From assembly GCF_009914755.1 (NCBI RefSeq), contig NC_060945.1: a DNA stretch of 64,000 bases. One strand, given 5' to 3'. Positions 33,067 through 48,509 of the stretch are shown here, one piece after another; position 1 is the stretch's first letter, and the number at the start of each line of letters is the position of its first letter. Made by a program: the position numbers and the translations under genes. The notes under the pieces were generated by a model, which ran no database searches, had not been told where the DNA came from, and saw only the letters and a list, made by a program, of their open reading frames with translations. The DNA is from the human T2T-CHM13v2.0 reference genome, Homo sapiens.

Positions 33067-33432
33067 AATACATTGTGTAAGATTTGTATTAAGTTGATAT
33101 GATATATGTAACTGTAATCAGATGGCTATTTCACAGAATAATTTTTCCTAAACTGTTTTTCTTTTCTTTTTTCCCCTTGATATTTGACTTTGAGATTCTT
33201 GTATTTCTATATCTATCCACAGGAATAAAGCCATAAAAGGAATAAATGACACAATAATGTCAGAAAATAATGTGGAATAAGCAGCAATCCTATTTAAACC
33301 GAATAAAAAATAGGGAATCTGGGTGATTGACAATATGTTCCATAATATGAATGTTTCTAGAAAAAATAATGAAAAGGTGGTCAATTTTCTGCAACTCAAC
33401 TGGGCTTAATTCCTTTTTATAATAATTGTGCA

Positions 33433-33955
33433 GGTCAGGTGCAGTGGCTCTCACCTGTAAATCCCAGCATTTTGGGAGGATGAGGCAGGAGGATCACTTG
33501 AGCCCAGAAGTTCCAGACCAGCCTGGGCAATATAGTGAGACCTCATATATTAAACAAAAAATGAAAAACAAAAAAACCTTAAAAAGAAAATTAGCCAAGT
33601 GTGGTGGTGCATGCCTGGAGTCCCAGCTACTTGGGAGGCTAAGGTGAAAGGTGAAAGGATAATTTAAGGCCAGGAAGCAGAAGTTGCAGTGAGCCAAGAT
33701 GGCACCACTGCACTCCAGTGTAGAGCAACAGAGGGAACAGAGGGAACAGAGGGAAACACTGTATCAAAAATAAATAAATAAACAATTGTGTATCAGGCCA
33801 GATATAACCATACAAAACTGTAGTCCCAGCTACTCAGGAAGATGAGGTAGGAGGACTGCTTGAGCCCAGGAGTTCAAGGCTACAGTGAGCTATGTTTGCA
33901 CCAATGAATAGACACTTTATTCTAGCCTAGGCAACATAGAGAGACCCCATCTCCT
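33433..33955 (+). mobile_element. AluJ followed by an Alu monomer
   Basis: Two diverged tandem Alu pieces (33433-33783; 33796-33955). Confidence 0.8.
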
Positions 33956-34577
33956 ATAATAATTGATTAATTGTGCATCATTCAAGTAAATTGTATAACT
34001 GGAGAAAAACATATGACTATTGAATATACCATAATAGTCTACTACTGATCATAGAGTTCCTGTTTACTTGCTTCTAATCTTTTTCTTTGTTTCTTATAAA
34101 ACTAAAAACATGATTCACCCATTAAAGGCAGTTCATTACAGAACAAGTCAAAAAGCCAGAAGAATGGCATCCAAACTGTAGATGTGTTATCTACCACTCC
34201 CCGCAAACAGTTGGATTTGGTCATTAAGAATCAGCAGGACTTTTAACTTGGTGTCTGTGTGCACATGCGTGTGCACATATGTATGTGTATATGTGCATGT
34301 GCATGTGTCTATGTGTATGTGTATAAACTATGACAGATAAAACCATTTTGCTTGTGTAAGAATATGTAATATAAGTTGTGCTTCTCATGAAGGAATTGCT
34401 TTTCTGTCTCCTGTGCTCAGTAGCTATCCTCAAAAAATAATCTCTTATTTGTATGGGTGCATGCTGGTTCAGTTTTACAGTTCGTATTGCCATTTATTTA
34501 TGGTACCAGAAAGGGATTGCTGAGTTCCTGGTTCTAAAGATAGTTACTTTCTTAGTGACACAAATCAATATGTAATA

Positions 34578-35002
34578 CAGTTCGCCCTTCAACAGCAAGG
34601 GTTTCAACTGCAGCGATTCACTTATATGCTGATGTTTTTCTGCCTTTGCAACCCAGAGACAGCAAGATCCACCTGTCCTCTTCCTCCTCAGCCTAATCAA
34701 CCTGAAGATCTTGAAGACCTTTGTCAGGATCTACTTATGCTTTATGAGAAGTCAATATATCATTCCTGATGATTTTCTTTTTAACAGCTTCATTTCTCTA
34801 GCTTACTTTATTGCAAGAACACAGTATATAATAATGCACCACAAACAAAATAGGTGTCTATCAACTGCTTATGTTATCAGGAAGGCTCCCAGTCAATGGT
34901 GGGCTATTAGTAGCTAAGGTGAAGGAATCAAAAGTTATACTCAGATTTTCAACTGCACAGGGATCAGAGTCCCTCACCCCCACATTATTCATGGGTCAAC
35001 TG
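34578..35002 (+). mobile_element. Tigger2a-like DNA transposon
   Basis: TA-cagttcgcccttcaaca...ttcatgggtcaactg-TA terminal inverted repeats with TA duplication. Confidence 0.75.
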
Positions 35003-35449
35003 TAATTATTTGTTTACTAAATATAAACAATTTATTATAAAAATGAAATAGAAGATCCATTTGTATATCAAGTCCAATTTGTTATAATGTGACTATAGAG
35101 GAAACATACAACATACTAACTTAAAAATCTTTTTTCTTATTTATGCAGAAATATTATATAGGATTTTAGGGATCATAATTAAATAAAGGAATTTTTTCAG
35201 ACAATAATGTTTGAGATTATAAGTTAGCTACAACTACCTTCTTAAATAAATCTGAATTTCAAAATAAAGAAGTTAAATTTTAAAAATTAATTTACATATG
35301 TATATACATATATGCACATTTAATTTACATATATTTTTAAACTGGTCTTTTTTTATTAACACTACCTTAATCTTACATCTTACTTTTTACTTTCTTATCA
35401 AGAGTAGGACCACCAAGAGAAATAAGAAATTCACTATCAGAAGTCTTAC

Positions 35450-35505
35450 CTGGTTTGTCATTTTTAAGTATCATCTTTTTATGTTCCAAAATTTGTTGTT
35501 GAATT
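35450..35505 (-). pseudogene. ANKRD20A: ANKRD20A-like exon 6 (56 nt)
   Basis: IQQQILEHKKMILKNDKP; ag/gtaaga boundaries. Confidence 0.88.
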
Positions 35506-36558
35506 CTATGTATACAAAAGTAATAAATAAAATTGCTATTTTAATACTGAAATAAAAAATATTTACCAAACATATTAAATTCTAAAACCATTTCAGGCAA
35601 TATCAGACCTAATATCAGAATTTTAATGTCCCATACACTTCAAATTTTTAAACCTTACAAGCTTATTAAGCTTATAATTAAAGAAGAAAAAAAGTGAAGT
35701 ACTCATAAATGGAGGAAGCATAGCTCAGTAAATGAACTCTAGTTAGCTGGACATCATGTAACATGTCCTGCACTCAGAATAAGTCCTCACTCTGTAACTA
35801 ATAGATATTTTGTTTTCAGACAAGTTGCTTCTCTTAGGCTCCCTGTTTTTTTCTAAAAAAGGATTTTGCTACCTTACTTCAGTAGGTTGTTAGGAAGATG
35901 TAATAAGATTACATGTTTAAATGTTCAGGAAATAGTAAAGCAATGGAATGATTTATTCTTGAACTTTATTGCTTGGTGTGTGTTTTTCTATAAGTTCTAA
36001 TATTCAATTGTTGCAGTTTTCAGAAAATGTTATTAAGTGCTAATTTTGGTTATTAGTTGTATTCTTTGTGGCTTGTAATTCAGGGCATTTTACCTAATTC
36101 ATAACTAATCTGATTAAAATAGATTACCTAATTGTCTCCCATCACTGAGCTCATCAATCACACCAAAGGCAGAAAACTAATAGGTGTCAAAACCTGGGCT
36201 TGGACAACTACCACTCCTTCTCTACCTCCTCAAACTCTGAGCCAGCAGATCTGTGCTAGGACGCTGGATCTCCATGGTCCTCTCCAACAAACAGATGAGA
36301 CAAAACCCTGCTTTTATTGTTTTTCAGTTCCATGAAGGAAATGCAAGTTGACATTTTGTCATTTCCAAGACATGTAGTAGCAACAAGTAACATCCCCTTA
36401 TTACTCAGCTCTGTTCTCATTTCAGAGATCACCTTACATCAATAGTTTTATAGTGATAATCACAATTTCAATATTGGGTGTCTTCTGTTTTGGTTTCACT
36501 CACACTGCTTCCTTGGAGCTACTCAACAAATAGTCAAATGACCTTCCCGGGACTATGC

Positions 36559-36664
36559 AAAATATGGAATGCTTTCTGAATTTGTGTGCCATCCCTAGGC
36601 AGCAGCCATGCTTACCTGCTCTGTATTGATCCAATTTTTAAATATGTGCTGCTGAAACAAGTAC
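36559..36664 (-). pseudogene. Full-length U6 snRNA retrocopy (diverged)
   Basis: Minus strand GTACTTGTTTCAGCAGCACATATTT...ATACAGAGCAGGTAAGCATGGC...GCACACAAATTCAGAAAGCATTCCATATTTT aligns end to end with U6. Confidence 0.9.
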
Positions 36665-37611
36665 AAAGCCCTGTTTGATACATGGATACTCATGAGTTAT
36701 GGATGAGGCTTAGCTCTGTTAAATCCAACTCACTGACTTTAGATTCAGATAATTTTATTGAATGGCTTCCTGTGAGGTAGAATTTTAAAATATATTTAAA
36801 ACTCCTGGAAGAGTTGTGATTAGCCCAGGAGATTTTCATTATCATAGAGACACATTACTTGAGGGGCCAATTGCAAGTTGGTTCCCACTACTCGGTGGAA
36901 AGATAACATGGAACCTTCTGCTATCTAACCAAAGCTGCTCCACAGGATGTAAAAAAGCCTCAAGGTACAGATCTGATAGCAAAAGAGAAAGGGAACCCTA
37001 ATCTCTTCCTGCAAAATTATTTGAACATCCCTGACTGTTGAGAGCAATCCCAACTAATATTGGTTAAAGAACAGACAAACACGGGTCTCATAGGATAACT
37101 TACCATGAATGCCTAGGCTAAGTCTAGCTAAGATGTGGGCTCCAAATAAGGTTTTTAGTGTAGGGTGAGGATCAACTTGCTCGATATTTGTGTGGGTAAA
37201 GCTAGGAGGCCTAGCTGCCAGATCAGGGTGCTGGGAACAATGACTGAGCATAAGTACATAAATTAATAAACCCCCTAGCTTTGAACTCTATGTATGAATC
37301 ACCACAAAAACTGAGGGGTCTGAATGAGTGAAGGCATCCTGGTGGCAAAGGTCAAACATTATCAGATTGCAGGACTGGTTACAATGGCAAAAATACAGGA
37401 ATTGAGTCCATGGAAACAACAGAATGATCAGAATGGCCTTTTTCCCCCTTCTTCTGACTTGTAAAGGAAGATTGCCTTCCTTGGGCTTAGGAAACCCCTT
37501 AGCTTCTTGGAAAATCCAAAGAAGGAAGACACAGGAGATAGCCCCAGGAGAAAATACAAGATTTTCTGCTAAATTGGACATTTCAAGACCCAATAACTAA
37601 TTAGAAAAGTC

Positions 37612-37748
37612 AGGCCAGGCATGGTGGCTAGCACTGTGAGAGGCCGAGGCAGGTGGATTACTTGAGCTCAGGAGTTCAAGACCAGCCAGGGCAACAGAGT
37701 GAGACCTTGTTTCAAGGAAAAAAAAAGAAAAGAAAAGAAAGGAAAAGA
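37612..37748 (+). mobile_element. FLAM/Alu left monomer
   Basis: Monomer with (GAAAA)n tail. Confidence 0.75.
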
Positions 37749-38041
37749 AGTAAAAAATGTGGCTCTTTTTATCCCATGCATGGGGATTATACTTAGAATA
37801 AAATGAACAACATTGAGATCCCTAGGGATAAAGGTCTTAAAAATCCTGAAAACATCTTGCACTCTACTTCTAACTAATCTAGACTTCTGCTTGATTTCTG
37901 GCTAAAAGGTAGACTAACTCATTGCTATTTCAAACCATCTGAACAAAACTAGGAACTCTCACCTAATGTATAAGATGGAATAGTTGCAATTATTTTAAAC
38001 TTCAATTCAATATTAACTGGCCTTTTAACATAAACACTTAC

Positions 38042-38179
38042 TTTGTCAAACGGCAAGAAATAGCGTAATCTTCTGCATCTTGTCCATACATGTCTTGAGT
38101 AAAGACATTAATATTTTGCTTAAGAAGGATGTTGACAATACCCGGTGAGTCATAGTGCACAGCAAGCATGAGGGCTGTT
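38042..38179 (-). pseudogene. ANKRD20A: ANKRD20A-like exon 5 (138 nt)
   Basis: ag|A + TALMLAVHYDSPGIVNILLKQNINVFTQDMYGQDAEDYAISCRLTK|gtaagt. Confidence 0.9.
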
Positions 38180-38663
38180 CTAAAATAACAAAGAAATCAC
38201 TCCACTCAAGAACTTTAATAAAGACTTTTTTAAACAGCTAGTTTGATACACTTTACCAATTTAATATCCACCTGTCAGTGTAGACATAATAACATTTTGC
38301 ATGTACTAGCTTGGGTCTATAAGCATCTAGGGTTCTCAGGTGTTCATCTTTATAAATTGTCACCAAGGCTAAAAGAAAAGGACAACAAGGAAGGCTCTTG
38401 TCCCACTGGGGTAAGACATAATACAAGTTGCTAACTCATAGTCCTTTGATAGCCAAGAAACTGTGCTGAGGTCACTTATCTAAAGTAGGTAAAGATTTAG
38501 ATGAAGATTTCCCCATTGCTTTCCTAGTCTGATATACTGTAATTTATATCAGCTAGGGGTCAGATAAGAGCTATCTGCAGACTGAAAACGACAACAACAA
38601 TGATGATGATGACAATACTAGTAGTCATAAACTAAAAGTCCACACTTTAAAAATAAATAAAAC

Positions 38664-39078
<415 letters not shown>

Positions 39079-39220
39079 TTACTCAGTCCAAATATTTGCT
39101 GATCTATCTGATTATTCATGGTGATATTTTTCACTATATGCCAGTAATTATATTAATCTTCTTATTAATATTTCTGACTTGAGTGACTGTTACCACTCTA
39201 GAATACTCAGGTTTTATTTA

Positions 39221-39343
<123 letters not shown>

Positions 39344-41941
39344 CTATAAAACAGCAGAAAAAATTAATAATTCACAAAATTACATATTTCTCAACTGAAC
39401 TGAAAATCTTCTCTAAGGTGCTTTGAACTTCAACATACAATATAGAAAGGAAGTAAATGAAAAGCAGTCCCTTCCTTCTCACTCCTCTGTGCTTTCTGAT
39501 GTGCTGCTTTTTGCCTTGCAAACAACCCTCCTCTGTCTCCCTGGATTAACTGTGGTCATTGCCAAAACTCACTTTAAACATTTACCAGTCCCAAGAATCC
39601 TTGCTTTGATCACAGCACTTAGCATGGTACATTGTAATCATTTCACTGTGTCCCACTGAAACCAAGAGCTTCTTGAGGCAAGGGCTGTATCTTTTGTCTC
39701 TATAGCCCCAAAACCCTAAGACACAGTAGCAAACATTTTAAGTTTTTTACATAAATTAATGATCTAAATTATTCTCACTAAAGCAGTGTTTCTTAAACTA
39801 TATTCCAAAGAATATTTGCCTTACCAGAAGTATTATACCCCAAGAGAAAGACTCCATGACCATCTGCATTTGAGAAGTATTATAAAACTGTATGTTATGT
39901 CCAATAATCAAGGAATCTCTTGAATTTTACCTAATCCCCATTTGACAATACTATTTGTGGCAAACATTAACATTTGAGGAATTAAGAGTTTTAGGGGTAC
40001 AGTTGCCAGAGCTTCCCAATGCAGGTGGAGGTTTTTTCTGGGTGGTACAGACTTGCTTGACTCACTTCTATCAATGGTGTCAGGATCCCAGATGCGAATG
40101 TCAGGCACTCCTGCTCCAAATGGGTCACTATGGAAATGAGCTTTGAATTAAGAGAGATTGGCTTCAAATGCACTTATTTTCCTTATTATTAAATAGTCCA
40201 TGGGTTTTTTCCCTAATACAAGAGAATAGATTTTTATCTTTACTGTTCAAAAGCTCAGTATGTTCTGTGTAAGAGAAATAGGTTTAAAAAACTTAAGAAC
40301 AAATATTTAAAAAACCAAAGCTCAGTAAGAAATACTATTCTCAATTATAATGGTAATCCCGGGACCCCAGGGCAGCTCTACTTTTTAAATCCATTTTTAT
40401 TGGCTTCCACTTAAAGGGCTACTTAAAATTATTTTTTATTTTAGACAAAATATAAATCCAAAATAAAAACATAATGGCTTATCAAAAAAATTCTCATACT
40501 GATCCATATGAATTATTTCTGGCATAATAAAAGCCAGTAAGTCACTTGCATTTCTAAGGAAGAGCACTGAGGAGAAAGATGTAATGTCTGCAATATTCAG
40601 AAATTATCCAACTATAACCAGGAATAACCTAAAAAGGCTTCTAGGCATTCTTATGGGCAGATAATTATTTGTGGTATATATAAAGAAAAGTTTCAAAAAC
40701 TTCTAAATTCTAAAATTCAACTCCATAACTGAGGGATTTATATACTCTATAGACTATATATTATAACAAATATGTGCTGACTTAAAAACCTTGAAATCTT
40801 TATCAAAATATACTATAACATAGGAGTTGTAAACTCAAATACTTACAAGGACAAAGGAAGGTTGCCTGAGTAAAGGAAGTACTAAGGTGGGCACAGTAGG
40901 AAACTGGAGAATACCTGCCTTCTCTAAAGGGGCAACCTCTGCACAGCAGACCAAACAGTGATAGAAACTCAGGGGACACCAGATTTGATTTTTTAAAATA
41001 AGCCTGAAGTCCAGATTTCTACACCAGTCTTCTAAATTTTACATGTTGATTCAACTTATAGAGGAAAACAAACAAATCTGTGTACCACATTAGAATATAG
41101 CCCTTGTGTTTTTATATTCGCTATTAATGTGTTACTAAATGGTTGTGTATAATCCAGGTATTTGCATGTAAAATATTTTCTTTCTCTAGTATCATATGTT
41201 TTACCAAAAAATCAGGCTCTCATATATAATAAAAATTGCTCAAAAAGACTCATAATACCTGCTTCAAGAATTTTTCCAACACTTATTCATTTAAAATATA
41301 TTTGTATATAATTTTCCCAGATTGTTAACCAAATAGATAATTGGTTCATAGGACTGCTAAAACTAAATTATTAAAAGAATTCATATCTGTATTTTTATTA
41401 ACTCCATGGACTTCAGTGTTTAAAACTGACATTTTGGGTATGCTAAAGCTCTATAAACTTAACAAACGTACTGAGCCAGTTCATAATACAACTTCAACTA
41501 AAAAAAATAGTTTAGGATTTGCTACTATTCTAATTGAGAAAGCCCAACTTGTAATGAACATTTGTTGACACGTAATTACATGCATGGTGACAAAGGGACA
41601 TCAAATCATGAAAGGGTCAGCCTCTACTTATTGAAAGATTACGCATAAGCAAATTTCTAAAAACTCTGAATGTCAGTGAATGATTAATGGTGGGAAGGAA
41701 AAGTGTTATTCTGTAAGCTGAGAGATATTGCCAGTAATATTTCCTTTCACTTCCCAGTCACAAATGTAGAGAAAGACAGATAAGTCAGGCTAATTTACTG
41801 AAAAGGAGAACTTTGAAGGAAGTAGCACCTATCAAATGCCAATTCTTCTAGAGATTTCTTACGTTTTTGAGATACAGAAATTTATATGTTGCACTTATCT
41901 GTTCTGGGGTTCTTAATCAGGAGTGTATCCTAAACTTGAGG

Positions 41942-41944
<3 letters not shown>

Positions 41945-41984
<40 letters not shown>
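41945..41984. repeat. (TG)20 microsatellite
   Basis: Direct count. Confidence 0.95.
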
Positions 41985-41988
<4 letters not shown>

Positions 41989-43249
41989 TATTGTTGTTAG
42001 AGGCAAGAGTCTCACTATGTTGCTCAAGCTGAACTTAAACTCAGGCTCAAGCTGGGACTACAGGAACATGTCACTGTGCCCAGCTTCAAGAAAATGTTTT
42101 TAAAAATGTTCAGGCCTTATTAGGTCTATTACATCAAAATCCTCAGGGGAAAGCCTACAATTGTAGATTTTTAACAAAATGTCCTCAGGTCGCTGTAATG
42201 CACAATTCTGAGAATTAGTGCAGCAATCACTTCAGTCTCATCTCTCACCCGCATGGCTAGTTCCCTTTATCAGTTGGACATGTGGCCAAAAAGAGAAAAG
42301 AGTAAGAGATAGTGTCATTTATTAAAGCTCCAGTTAAGTTTCCTGGGTATGGGTAGAACACAAACAAGTAAACTGAAAATCCCACTTGATTTTGCTATTT
42401 ACAAGCTCCTTATCTCCCACCTTCCCACCAAGACATTCTAGGTTTGAGAGGAGTCTTTAGACTCTTATCTAAGTGGCTGTTTCTGCCAGGATGGGCAATA
42501 AGTCAGTTAATAATTTGTTCCACCTTCTGCTGAAGTGTTTCTCACTTCACCACCACATATTCACTGCCAACCTGGTTTCCTCAAAGTCTTCCTAAAATTC
42601 ATCTCTAGGCAAGTTTCAACTCACTCTCATTTTCAAACCAAAAATTATTAGACCCAAAGCTAAGGAGCACCTTGTCTCAACACATAAACTGGAAGAACAG
42701 CAAACTAAGAGAAAAAAAAAAAACTCTTCATAGCATTTTCCCTCATTACCTAATTTCCAAGTGACCTGCATATTTCTGATTGCTCCCCTTTTCCCTTCCC
42801 ATTTTCCCCTGTTAAGCCCTGTGCCACTGAGAGATGATTCATCAGTTTTTCAGAAAATTATCAGCAGCAGCAACATGTCCACTTATTGTAAGTTGCTTTA
42901 GTTTTGTTTGAGTTTTAAGATAAAGCCTATTTCCAGGGCATATTTTCTTTCCTGTGTTGTTTTATGCTAATTAGGGGGAATAAAAGGAAAGATAACCCTG
43001 CACAGAAAAAAAGTTGAAAAAGTTTTACCTTTAACAAATTCACAAATATTTTCCAAAGTGTGTTTTATAAAGCTGTACCCTTTAATGCTCCTTTAAAGGT
43101 ATCAATATTTAAAATAAAATCTTAGACAATTATTTCAAAATAATTTGCATTTGCATTCAGGGAATGGTTGAGCTTCCAAATATAAAAAATTGACCCTTAC
43201 CTATGTCAATGTTAAAACAAATATTTTGGAAAGAAAGTTGATTGATCTA

Positions 43250-43435
<186 letters not shown>

Positions 43436-43582
43436 TTAGACCAAGAAACAGATTGTAAATTCCAAGAATTCAAAATACACATTCCACAGGTTTCACCAAC
43501 TAGTTATATTTAATTGAGATCAATTTATTTTAATTCTATATATGCAAATCAAATCCATGTCATGCTAAAAGAGTTGGCTCTA

Positions 43583-43711
<129 letters not shown>

Positions 43712-44111
43712 CTAAGAGAACTTTTTAGGAAACTGTAGTGCGACATCTCAAAACACACAATCATTCATGTAACTGTAAAAAATGAATAGCATGTTTTTCC
43801 TCTGCCTTCAAAACAAATACTTAATTTTTTTGAAGAAAATACAATACTTACTAGCTCTTATTGCTCACTGCCTTAATGAAAACAGCAGCCTATCTGAATA
43901 GAAATAGCTCAGTCTTTGGGTTCAGTTCAACTAGGGCTTGAGTCCTACTTTAAACCCTGTCACTTACCAACTATTTCTTAGCCTTTCTGTGTCTCAACTT
44001 CCTCATTAATAAAGATGACAATAGTAGCTATCTCATAGGACACCATCGTGATGCTTAAATGAGAAGCTATGTATTTAGAATAGTTTCTACAACAACTCAA
44101 TAATTGTAAGA

Positions 44112-44438
<327 letters not shown>

Positions 44439-46285
44439 TAACAAAAACATTTTAATTAGGTAAAAGACACAATTATACCTACTTTGCAGAATGGCTTAAA
44501 GAGTAGGTCACATTTTAATACTTCTGACATTGGAATGCCACTTATATTGTTATAACTACAATTGGTAGCATTTTTAAAATTATCTTATTGATATATAAAA
44601 TAGCGGGGCATCACACAATCCATGAGACCTTACATTAAGTAGAATATGGTATACTCAGCAGGTCTAGGGCAGTTCTAGGCATATAACTGGCATGTAAATA
44701 CATTTTAGTTCTTAAAGGTACTATGGGGATAGAGCACTGAAATAACAATAATGCATTTTTTAAACAAATTAATTCCTTGATTTTCAAACAAACTGAAGCC
44801 AAAGGAAACTCATGATTCAAATGAATACATACGGCTCATTTTATTCAATATTTATACTTACAGAATATATGCAAATAAGACTTTCCAATGATTAATATTA
44901 GTATTTAAGACTGATAAACTTTTGAATGGGCAGTTAAAGGTTATCTTCTACTATTTTCTAACTTCAGAAATGCTTTTGTTTGAAAGGTGGGAGATAAAGT
45001 TTCAAGGAGATTAAGTCCCAATATTCCTATTTTAAATCTCTCAGCTTGTGCAGGCAGGGCAGGTAAACATGAAGTTTTTAAGGATAGAAGGGTCCTGAGA
45101 GATAGTAGAATATGTCTGCTACATAACAGGTACTCAGGTTATGTTCGATGAATAAATGGAATGAAAGAATGGATAAATACAGTTGGGGAGTTCAATATTT
45201 TTAAATAACTCCTATAAAGCAATATTTTTGCAATAGTAATTATCTATATGTTATTTTTATTTTTAAAGAATACAATTAAAATGAAATGATTAATCTATCA
45301 TTGTTTGCATAAATTGAATGAATATATAAGAAAAACATATGTACATAATAAAATATATAGGTAATAAAATCTGGAAACAGATAAAAACATTCCCTTTTTA
45401 CTTCTGAAGAGGCTAAAAGTTCAAAGAAGATAACAATACACACAATAATGATAAAAATAGAAAGTGAGAAATTATTTTTAATAATGTAAGATTCATATTC
45501 CTCTCTTCCTGAGGATTATTCCTTTATTAATAAACTTTACTAGAAGTTTTGTACATGCTCACTGCAGCAATCACAGATAAGAAAAAGGAAAAGAACTTTA
45601 CTTAAAATACAAATGCTCAGAAATTACAAATTTTATATTTTGTACATATTTTTTGCTAAAACAAGACCATAGTATGTTTGTGTGTATGTATAATTTAATT
45701 GATTTTTTTCCTCACTAGCTATAACAAAATACATTTTCGCACATCAATATACTTCTGTATCTATTGCCACCTTCAATGGTCACATATTATTCCATCTTAT
45801 GGATGCAACTGAAATTTATTTATAGGATCCATTCTATGGGTTCTTTTTAAAATAAGTGCTGTGAAAAATAAAGTGCATGTATCTTTATTTACTAAGGGTG
45901 TTTTAGTATAATGGAATTGATGGGTAAAGGGCATACATATTTTTTAAATGTAGTACTTACCACCAAATTATCTATTTGAAAAGTAATCAGCAACTTAAAC
46001 TTTAAACAGGAGTATAAAACATCCTCACAAATATTGTGGATAGAAAACTGTTTCATTCCTCTTTTAATTTAAATTCTTATACCAGAAATGCGAAGGACTT
46101 TTTGCTATGTACACAAATAACTTGCAGATCTGGAAAAAAGTACTTTGCCCAATTTTAAAGTTTTTGATGATTAGATTTGAAAGAATTCCCTGTAAAATGA
46201 AAATGTACTTTTCATCTAATGTGTATATATACATACAACTTTTCATCTAATGTGTATATATAACTGATATATATATAACAGATTA

Positions 46286-46704
<419 letters not shown>

Positions 46705-47769
46705 TCATCTGAATATATATATATAATATAGTTAATATTTTTCAAGTAAGCTCTCTTTTATTTTTTTTCTGAAACACAGGCAGTTTTAATTTTTAGTTTG
46801 CTAAATCAATCTTCAGAATGCCTGCTTATGAGGTCATTCTTAGGAAGGCTTTTGTCAACATAAAGTGTACCTGTAAAATAAGCGTTTGTGTTTTCTTCCG
46901 GTACTTTACTCATTTTCATATGTAAAAATTTCAATCTGTATTCCATCAGGAACTCATGTTTGTGACATAAAATTTCATTAGTTTTCTTCAAACAGCAGAC
47001 ATTTTTTCGTTAATAATTCATCCTTTCGTACTCATTAATCCTTACATATATCTTACATAATTTCAGTGTTTCTGGGTTGCCTATTCTGTTCTATGCGTTT
47101 GTCTTTTCAGCTGTTAGTAAACAATTAATTGTAGAAATTAATAGCACATTTTGATATCTAGAGGAACAAGTGTTTTTTCACTCCATTATGAAATTTTTTT
47201 AAATGTCATCACAGTAGTGAAAGACAGCAGGTGTCATACAAAAATGTTAAAACCTTGATATTTTCATTCGGTCTATGTAAAATTGATAAACACAGAAAGA
47301 GCTCACATTTTGAGGAAAATGTGCCTTCCCATTCAAGAACACAGAACCCACCTCCCACTTCCAAGTTTCTCTCTAAGAACCTTCAGTAAAGAACCTACCT
47401 ACACAGGGGGATACGGATGTAAAACGGACAGTTTTATCTGAGAACTTTTCGCCTACTGAAAATAACTCACGGTATTTTTGACAGGGGAATGAGTTCTCTC
47501 ATTAGGCACCTCCTATAATGTATATAAACCATGTTTTAAACGTGTACGTTAAAATTAACAACACTATATGCTTAACTTTGTGAGTTAAATCACTCAAATT
47601 CTCCACCAACTGCTCCAGCCAGGGAATTATGAGGGATGGAAAACAGCTGAGGGTCCGTTTGGCTCCGCCGCTCAGAGGGTGCCCGGCGACCTCCAAGGCC
47701 CCCGTCCCAGGGGCTGCCGGAAAGCCGGACCTGGGGACCCCCTGCCACCCCGGGCTGAGCCCCCGCTAC

Positions 47770-47972
47770 CTGTGCTGCTTGTCCAGGGCGTCCAGGTCTC
47801 CGCTCCTGCGCGCCAGACAGCGCTCCATCTCCGCGGCGTCGCCCTTGACAGCTGCCTTGTGGATCTTCTGCAGTTCCGAGTACCGGATTCGGTACCCGGA
47901 ACCCGTGTACAGGTGGTCTATGGTGCCCAGGACCGTCTGGCCCCTGTGGCTCCTGAAGCCGAACAACTTCAT
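47770..47972 (-). pseudogene. ANKRD20A: ANKRD20A-like exon 1 (coding part, 203 nt)
   Basis: CACCACCATG Kozak context; ends CACAG|gtagcg; lies in a CpG island. Confidence 0.92.
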
Positions 47973-48509
47973 GGTGGTGACTTCTCAGACTCCCAACCAA
48001 CTGCTCTTGAGAGGAGGCAGCTCCCTGTCACCTTTTCACCTCCCCGCCCCTGCCCCCGCCGACCCAGCCCCAAATCCCCTATCCAACCCCAAATCCGCAA
48101 TCCAACCCCCAATCGGCGATCCCAAATCTATTATCTAATCCAAAATCCGCGATCCAGCCCGGTCCACCACAGCCTTCAGCAGCGACACTCGCAGCCTCCG
48201 ACCTCTCAGACCGAGTGAGCCTCGCAAAGCCTTTGGGCGCGCGCCTGCACCGCGGTGGCCGCCCGGCTCCCGGAAGTCGCTCGGAGGCGGCACGCACTGG
48301 CAGGTGGGGCTGCAGCTGCGAGAGGGGGCGGGCCTGGGAACCACCGCGGGTGTGCGGGCCTTGCCATTCTCAAGATTCCTGCGGAAACGCTGTGCGCTGG
48401 CTGCGCTCCAGGAGCAGGAGCAGGAGGAGGTCGCCCTCTAGAGTCTGGAGTCTGGGGAGAGGAGGAAGGCTCCTTCTTTGTAGGCCACTGGTGTTGCTGA
48501 AACCTCTGC

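Noticed and set aside
36665-36720. PSE-like TCATCCATAACTCATGAGT upstream of the U6 copy
   Set aside because: Ends at about -24 instead of about -47, there is no TATA box, and the U6 body is heavily mutated; not a functional U6 gene.
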